Source: a virus. Taken from it: a stretch of 64,000 nt of DNA. Both the position numbers and the translations under genes were made by a program. Positions 60,203-64,000 of this stretch are shown here, in pieces. How positions within the stretch are numbered: the first letter of the stretch is position 1; each line of letters starts with the position of its first letter. The notes under the pieces were generated by a model that was given only the letters and a program-made list of their open reading frames with translations, did not search any database and was not told the DNA's origin. Where the stretch lies: the IMG/VR virus record IMGVR_UViG_3300025704_000015, positions 1-64,000 of that record; one strand, given 5' to 3'.

Positions 60203-60451
60203 ATGACAATAAAACCAAATCGCACTCACTGCTACAGATTTACTGTAGAGATGGACAATGAAGAAGATATGAAATCTCTGGCCACGTTCAGAAAATCATT
60301 CTATGGGACTAACCAATATGTAAAATGTCAAGGCCGTTGGGGTGAGAATAACCCCAATTATAAAAGAAGCCACAACTTCCTAGGACATTCGAGATCGTTC
60401 TGCCCAGTTTCACTCGCCAAATATTGCGACGTTTATGTTTACTTTCGATAA
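60203..60451 (+). CDS. early hypothetical protein
   Basis: ORF track; packed operon. Confidence 0.65.
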   Translation: MTIKPNRTHCYRFTVEMDNEEDMKSLATFRKSFYGTNQYVKCQGRWGENNPNYKRSHNFLGHSRSFCPVSLAKYCDVYVYFR

Positions 60452-60454
60452 GAT

Positions 60455-60541
60455 ATGAATTTAATAAGAATCACTCTTATGATGTTAGCCTGTACCGTCT
60501 GTTGGTACTGGTCAGTGAGATTAGTTTTAATAATTTTTTAA
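60455..60541 (+). CDS. 28-aa hydrophobic peptide
   Basis: MNLIRITLMMLACTVCWYWSVRLVLIIF read directly. Confidence 0.4.
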   Translation: MNLIRITLMMLACTVCWYWSVRLVLIIF

Positions 60542-60542
60542 G

Positions 60543-60758
60543 ATGAAACCAAACCTATTACAAAAACTATTAACCCAATTTCCTAACACTCAAAATGTTG
60601 AAATTCGTGGTGAGATTCAAAGTGTTCCAGAACTAACCGAGGAAAACTTTTGGACCTTAATTAAAAGCCACAACGAACTTGTTGAAAAGTTCAATTACGC
60701 CATTCACAACCTAAATGCAGAGTGCGAAGAACTAAGAAATAAACTAAATCAAAAATAA
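60543..60758 (+). CDS. early hypothetical protein (coiled coil)
   Basis: ORF track. Confidence 0.6.
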   Translation: MKPNLLQKLLTQFPNTQNVEIRGEIQSVPELTEENFWTLIKSHNELVEKFNYAIHNLNAECEELRNKLNQK

Positions 60759-60775
60759 AAACCATTAATTATATT

Positions 60776-60994
60776 ATGAAAAAAACAACCAGCGCTAAAT
60801 TCGAAAAACTGAAAGCCAATATTGCTAAACTTGAACTTCAAAAGGGAGATAAAACTAACTTTGGCTCAGTTGTTAAAGTAGGCGAAACAGGAATCACTTT
60901 TAAGAATACATACTCACCAAAGACAAGAATCCTGTTTATCCAACGCAAGTTTGGAAGAAACGAATATGTATTGAATGACCTAATTAAACTTTAA
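60776..60994 (+). CDS. early hypothetical protein
   Basis: ORF track. Confidence 0.6.
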   Translation: MKKTTSAKFEKLKANIAKLELQKGDKTNFGSVVKVGETGITFKNTYSPKTRILFIQRKFGRNEYVLNDLIKL

Positions 60995-60996
60995 TT

Positions 60997-61170
60997 ATGA
61001 AAGAAACAAATTACACTACAAACATTAAGGCCGGTGATTCTGTGATGGTTAACGGTATGCAAATTATCGTTAATGAGAATTGCGGAAACGGCTGCTTTTA
61101 TGGAACAGATTGTGATGGCGATGAGATCGAATTCGCCACCGAAGAAATCTTAGCAGTTGTTCCAGATTAA
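60997..61170 (+). CDS. 57-aa hypothetical protein (SH3-like beta pattern)
   Basis: Read directly: MKETNYTTNIKAGDSVMVNG...EEILAVVPD. Confidence 0.55.
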   Translation: MKETNYTTNIKAGDSVMVNGMQIIVNENCGNGCFYGTDCDGDEIEFATEEILAVVPD

Positions 61171-61179
61171 TATAATAAT

Positions 61180-61377
61180 ATGGAAAAGATAGAAGAGCTA
61201 AAACAAAAGTATATTTTTGACCGTTTGGAATGCCTTAAGTGGGATTCAAAATATTACAAATATAAAAACACAAAGCTATCATCAGAGCTTGAAAAGAGCG
61301 AAGCTAAGCTCGTTGATATTTTAAAAGAGATTCGTGAACTTGAAAGTCTCCGTGTTAGACCAAAGAAAAATAAATAA
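61180..61377 (+). CDS. hypothetical protein
   Basis: ORF track; ends just before the RNA gene. Confidence 0.55.
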   Translation: MEKIEELKQKYIFDRLECLKWDSKYYKYKNTKLSSELEKSEAKLVDILKEIRELESLRVRPKKNK

Positions 61378-61380
61378 AAC

Positions 61381-61449
61381 GGGGGTGTAAAAGAATTCGA
61401 CGCTAGTTTCGGCTAACGGACCCGGGCGCGATACCCGGCACCTCCACCA
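61381..61449 (+). ncRNA. minimal tmRNA-like RNA (tRNA-like domain only, Ala identity, encoded CCA)
   Basis: Acceptor stem GGGGGTG/CACCTCC with G3-U, ACCA end, tmRNA-like 5' loop ending TTCGAC, T-arm CCGGG/CCCGG, short UUCG hairpin in place of the MLD. Confidence 0.78.
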
Positions 61450-61457
61450 TTTAAAAT

Positions 61458-61497
61458 AAAAAACCCGCTCTGAATTAAACCAGGGCGGGTGTTTTTC
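61458..61497. terminator. bidirectional terminator between converging operons
   Basis: ACCCGCTCTG...CAGGGCGGGT flanked by A- and T-runs. Confidence 0.8.
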
Positions 61498-61513
61498 TAA
61501 ATATATATATATC

Positions 61514-61867
61514 TTACTTAACGTTTGGCTCGTCTTTTTCTGTTGAGTATTCTGCTAAAAACTCTCTTAATTCATTAATGTCATTTGCGTTTAAGCTCAT
61601 AAATGTTCTTCGGGCCGCACCAGATGTGCGGCTTTCACTAACCTTTTCAATCTCTAAACATTTACGAGTGCCTAACTTTGATTCCAATTCATCAGGGCCA
61701 ATAAATTCAAGAAGCTTAAACGTGGAATTTGCATGTGTTCCTCCATCTTCCCATCCAGCCAATTCGGTTTTTTCAAGCAGAACCTTTGCTTCTTCTTTAA
61801 TGGGTTTACCCTCAAGAATCGCCTTCGCGGCATCTTCAAGTTCTTTATTTTTGTTTGATAGATTCAT
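61514..61867 (-). CDS. putative internal head protein, MNLSNK leader family
   Basis: MNLSNKNKELEDAAKAILEG; cargo similar to 62739-63044. Confidence 0.7.
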   Translation of the reverse strand: MNLSNKNKELEDAAKAILEGKPIKEEAKVLLEKTELAGWEDGGTHANSTFKLLEFIGPDELESKLGTRKCLEIEKVSESRTSGAARRTFMSLNANDINELREFLAEYSTEKDEPNVK

Positions 61868-61870
61868 ATA

Positions 61871-62209
61871 TTAAATTTTTTCTATTGAAGTAATGTTTGG
61901 ATAGTTTGGTTTATTACTTAGAACTACTTTAACTTTATCTCCTGCTTTATACTTCTTACTAAGCTTTGGATCAAACCCAAATTCAGCTTTCATGCCGCTC
62001 TTGTTTTTCTTGTCATGACCTTTGAAAGTCATAACCCATGCTTTGCCAAACTTACCAGGCGATCTTTGAACTTGTGAAACGCTAGAAATTGTAAGATCCA
62101 ATTCCTTTCCGAGATTCTTATTAAGAAAATCATCGTGAATAATTGCATTCTCACTCATAATTGCCTTTGCCGCTTCTTCAAGGCTGTTATTTCTATTTGA
62201 TAAATTCAT
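61871..62209 (-). CDS. putative internal head protein, MNLSNK leader family (OB-fold-like cargo)
   Basis: MNLSNRNNSLEEAAKAIMSE; KAGDKVKV...YPNITSI beta pattern. Confidence 0.7.
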   Translation of the reverse strand: MNLSNRNNSLEEAAKAIMSENAIIHDDFLNKNLGKELDLTISSVSQVQRSPGKFGKAWVMTFKGHDKKNKSGMKAEFGFDPKLSKKYKAGDKVKVVLSNKPNYPNITSIEKI

Positions 62210-62742
62210 TATTTTCCAAAGTACTGGGTTTGTAGAATTTTACCAATTGCTTTGATAAGATCTTTACCGTCAGCATTAGCTTCCCAGTCTTTAATAGCAT
62301 CTTTGTATGTGGAATGGTTCATGGCATCTTTTAAATATTCAACATCATTAGCAAGACCTTCAAACATCTTTGCAGCTTGGGTTTTTACCGTGCCTTTTAA
62401 TTTTGCTTCATCAAGTTCAATGCTTTCAACAATTTTACCTTTACTTAAATCTAAGATGGTTGGATAACCAATTTCCTTTGAAGTGCTTCTGTTAAACTCT
62501 GCTGCATGTTGCCTCGCTTTCTCAAGGGTTGGCGCAGTATGATAAATCTGACCTTTGTTATTAAATATATAGAAATTGTTTTTTGATTTAGTTGTCTTGG
62601 CAGTATCAATCATTTTATCAAGACTTGCAGAGCCATTTCGAACTGCCTTCCAGTTTGATCCTCTAGTAGCACCGTAACCATATCCTTCAAGGATTCCCCT
62701 TGCAGCATCCTCTAATGCTTGACTTTTATTTGATAAGTTCAT
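62209..62742 (-). CDS. putative internal head protein, MNLSNK leader family (two modules)
   Basis: MNLSNKSQALEDAARGILEG; internal ESIELDEA linker. Confidence 0.7.
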   Translation of the reverse strand: MNLSNKSQALEDAARGILEGYGYGATRGSNWKAVRNGSASLDKMIDTAKTTKSKNNFYIFNNKGQIYHTAPTLEKARQHAAEFNRSTSKEIGYPTILDLSKGKIVESIELDEAKLKGTVKTQAAKMFEGLANDVEYLKDAMNHSTYKDAIKDWEANADGKDLIKAIGKILQTQYFGK

Positions 62743-63044
62743 TTTAAAGAAATCTTCTTTAGATTTTTAATAAGAATTTCAAGATCACGCGCATTCAATT
62801 CAATATATTTTTTACCAATCGTGATTTGTACCATTTTACGATTTCCAATCTGACCATGCCCAAGCTCGGCGGGTCCAGTAAATTGTGTTAATTCGGCATA
62901 TTCTTTACCACTTTTACCCGCGCTTGTCCAAGCTTTAATTTTAGTAGCTTCACTCAGCTCTTCGGTTTCAAGCTCCTCATAAGTTCCTTCAAGGATTCCC
63001 CTTGCAGCATCCTCTATCGTTTTACTTTTATTTGATAAGTTCAT
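62739..63044 (-). CDS. putative internal head protein, MNLSNK leader family
   Basis: MNLSNKSKTIEDAARGILEG...LSEA. Confidence 0.7.
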   Translation of the reverse strand: MNLSNKSKTIEDAARGILEGTYEELETEELSEATKIKAWTSAGKSGKEYAELTQFTGPAELGHGQIGNRKMVQITIGKKYIELNARDLEILIKNLKKISLK

Positions 63045-63050
63045 TGTGTT

Positions 63051-63392
63051 TTATTTTTTTAAATATGAAGACCATGAACTCCATTCTGGAGCATCGTTGG
63101 TATTTGAATATTGATTTGATTTTAATTTGTCTTGTTGATCTAATTGAGATTTTTTACCGTTGGTTACCATAAACGCGAATTTTTCTTTGGTATTAACAGC
63201 GAATAAACCGGCGGGTAATGAAACTAAAAAGGTTCCTTTTGGTAATTCAACATACCCTTGAGATGAGAATTGTAAACCATTGCTTGATTGGCCATCACGA
63301 AAACTCGCTGGTTTTTTATTATATTTTACTTCGGCACTTTTGGTTAATACAAACCCTGTTGCTTCTGAAATAAAGTGTTTAAATGAAATCAT
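63051..63392 (-). CDS. protein with CTS-like leader MISFKHFISEA
   Basis: Late promoter at 63410-63417 (minus strand). Confidence 0.7.
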   Translation of the reverse strand: MISFKHFISEATGFVLTKSAEVKYNKKPASFRDGQSSNGLQFSSQGYVELPKGTFLVSLPAGLFAVNTKEKFAFMVTNGKKSQLDQQDKLKSNQYSNTNDAPEWSSWSSYLKK

Positions 63393-63421
63393 AATTTTAG
63401 TTGTATTGTTATTTATAAAAG

Positions 63422-63793
63422 TTAATCCTTTTCCAAATCCGCTTCACGTGTTTTCTTAGACATCTTAATAGCCCAATCGACACCAGCATCGCCACCCCAA
63501 CCTAGCCAGGCCATATATCCATTATCTGTCCATGGGCGGTCTTTCTTTTCAGGGGAAATTTTAGAGTTTTTTCTATGCCTATTAAATGATGCCATTCTTT
63601 TTAATATATCATAAGAGATCTCATCTCCATCAGCAAGTTGGCGAGCTCTTACCCATCCAGTGCGAGTCATTGCTTTAACTTCATTAGGGTATTGCTCTTT
63701 CCATTTAATAGCTTTTTTCGCTGCGGCAACCGCACCAGCAGGAGGCTGAAACTTTCTTTCTTCCTCTTTAATAAAATCTTTAAACGGGATCAT
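63422..63793 (-). CDS. conserved phage domain protein with CTS-like leader MIPFKDFIKEE
   Basis: GWVRARQL...KRMASF.RH...AWLGWGGDAG motif; late promoter at 63802-63809. Confidence 0.72.
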   Translation of the reverse strand: MIPFKDFIKEEERKFQPPAGAVAAAKKAIKWKEQYPNEVKAMTRTGWVRARQLADGDEISYDILKRMASFNRHRKNSKISPEKKDRPWTDNGYMAWLGWGGDAGVDWAIKMSKKTREADLEKD

Positions 63794-63832
63794 ATTAATG
63801 TTATTTATAATGTTGTATATATAAATTAGAAA

Positions 63833-64000
63833 ATGAAGAGTGATTGGACATATGAAGGTAAAGAGTTTACAACTGAGATGATCGAGGATTATGTTGGATT
63901 TGTTTACTTGGTAACTTTTGATGATGGAATGAAATACATCGGAAAAAAACGGTTTTGGAGTAAGGTGACTCGCCCTCCGTTAAAAGGAAAGAAAAGAAAG
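63833..64000 (+). CDS. GIY-YIG-like protein, truncated by the window end
   Basis: MKSDWTYEG...GFVYLV...KYIGKK read directly. Confidence 0.6.
   Translation, partial: MKSDWTYEGKEFTTEMIEDYVGFVYLVTFDDGMKYIGKKRFWSKVTRPPLKGKKRK

Noticed and set aside
61381-61449. Canonical tRNA-Ala, or a full-length/permuted tmRNA
   Set aside because: There is no D-stem and no 7-nt anticodon loop; the halves are in normal order with no tag ORF or pseudoknots between them.
1-64000. Stop-codon reassignment, or inteins in gp17, gp41, gp43 and nrdA
   Set aside because: Core genes are full length in the standard code, end in TAA, TAG or TGA, and show no insertions.

Overview
A 64-kb, AT-rich segment of a T4-like (myovirus) bacteriophage genome. 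It carries the neck/terminase/tail/head block (gp13-gp23, gp3), recombination, replication and late-transcription genes (uvsY, a split uvsW, gp55, gp47/46, gp45/44/62, regA, gp43, uvsX, gp40, gp41), hsp20, imm and nrdB/nrdA. It also carries a cytosine hypermodification locus: a gp42-like dCMP hydroxymethylase, two glycosyltransferases, a HAD/kinase fusion, a cytidylyltransferase and a divergent C5-methyltransferase. Two promoter classes are clear: sigma70-like TTTACA-N17-TATAAT and T4 late TATAAATA, many placed so that the mRNA would be leaderless. The most unusual observations are: (1) a 69-nt RNA gene that looks like a tmRNA reduced to its alanyl-tRNA-like domain, with a UUCG hairpin where the mRNA domain should be; (2) a large set of late proteins with shared N-terminal leaders (T4 capsid-targeting-like MKSFxxF/YxxE, plus two repeated leader families, MSTEKYLLPNEKK and MNLSNK...LEDAARGILEG) fused to varied cargos, including enzymes and a probable protease-cleaved polyprotein; (3) uvsW broken inside its second RecA domain by a Hint-like remnant and a small ORF; (4) a ROSE-like thermometer in front of hsp20. 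All protein calls come from motif recognition and synteny; no database searches were run and the host cannot be determined from this window.
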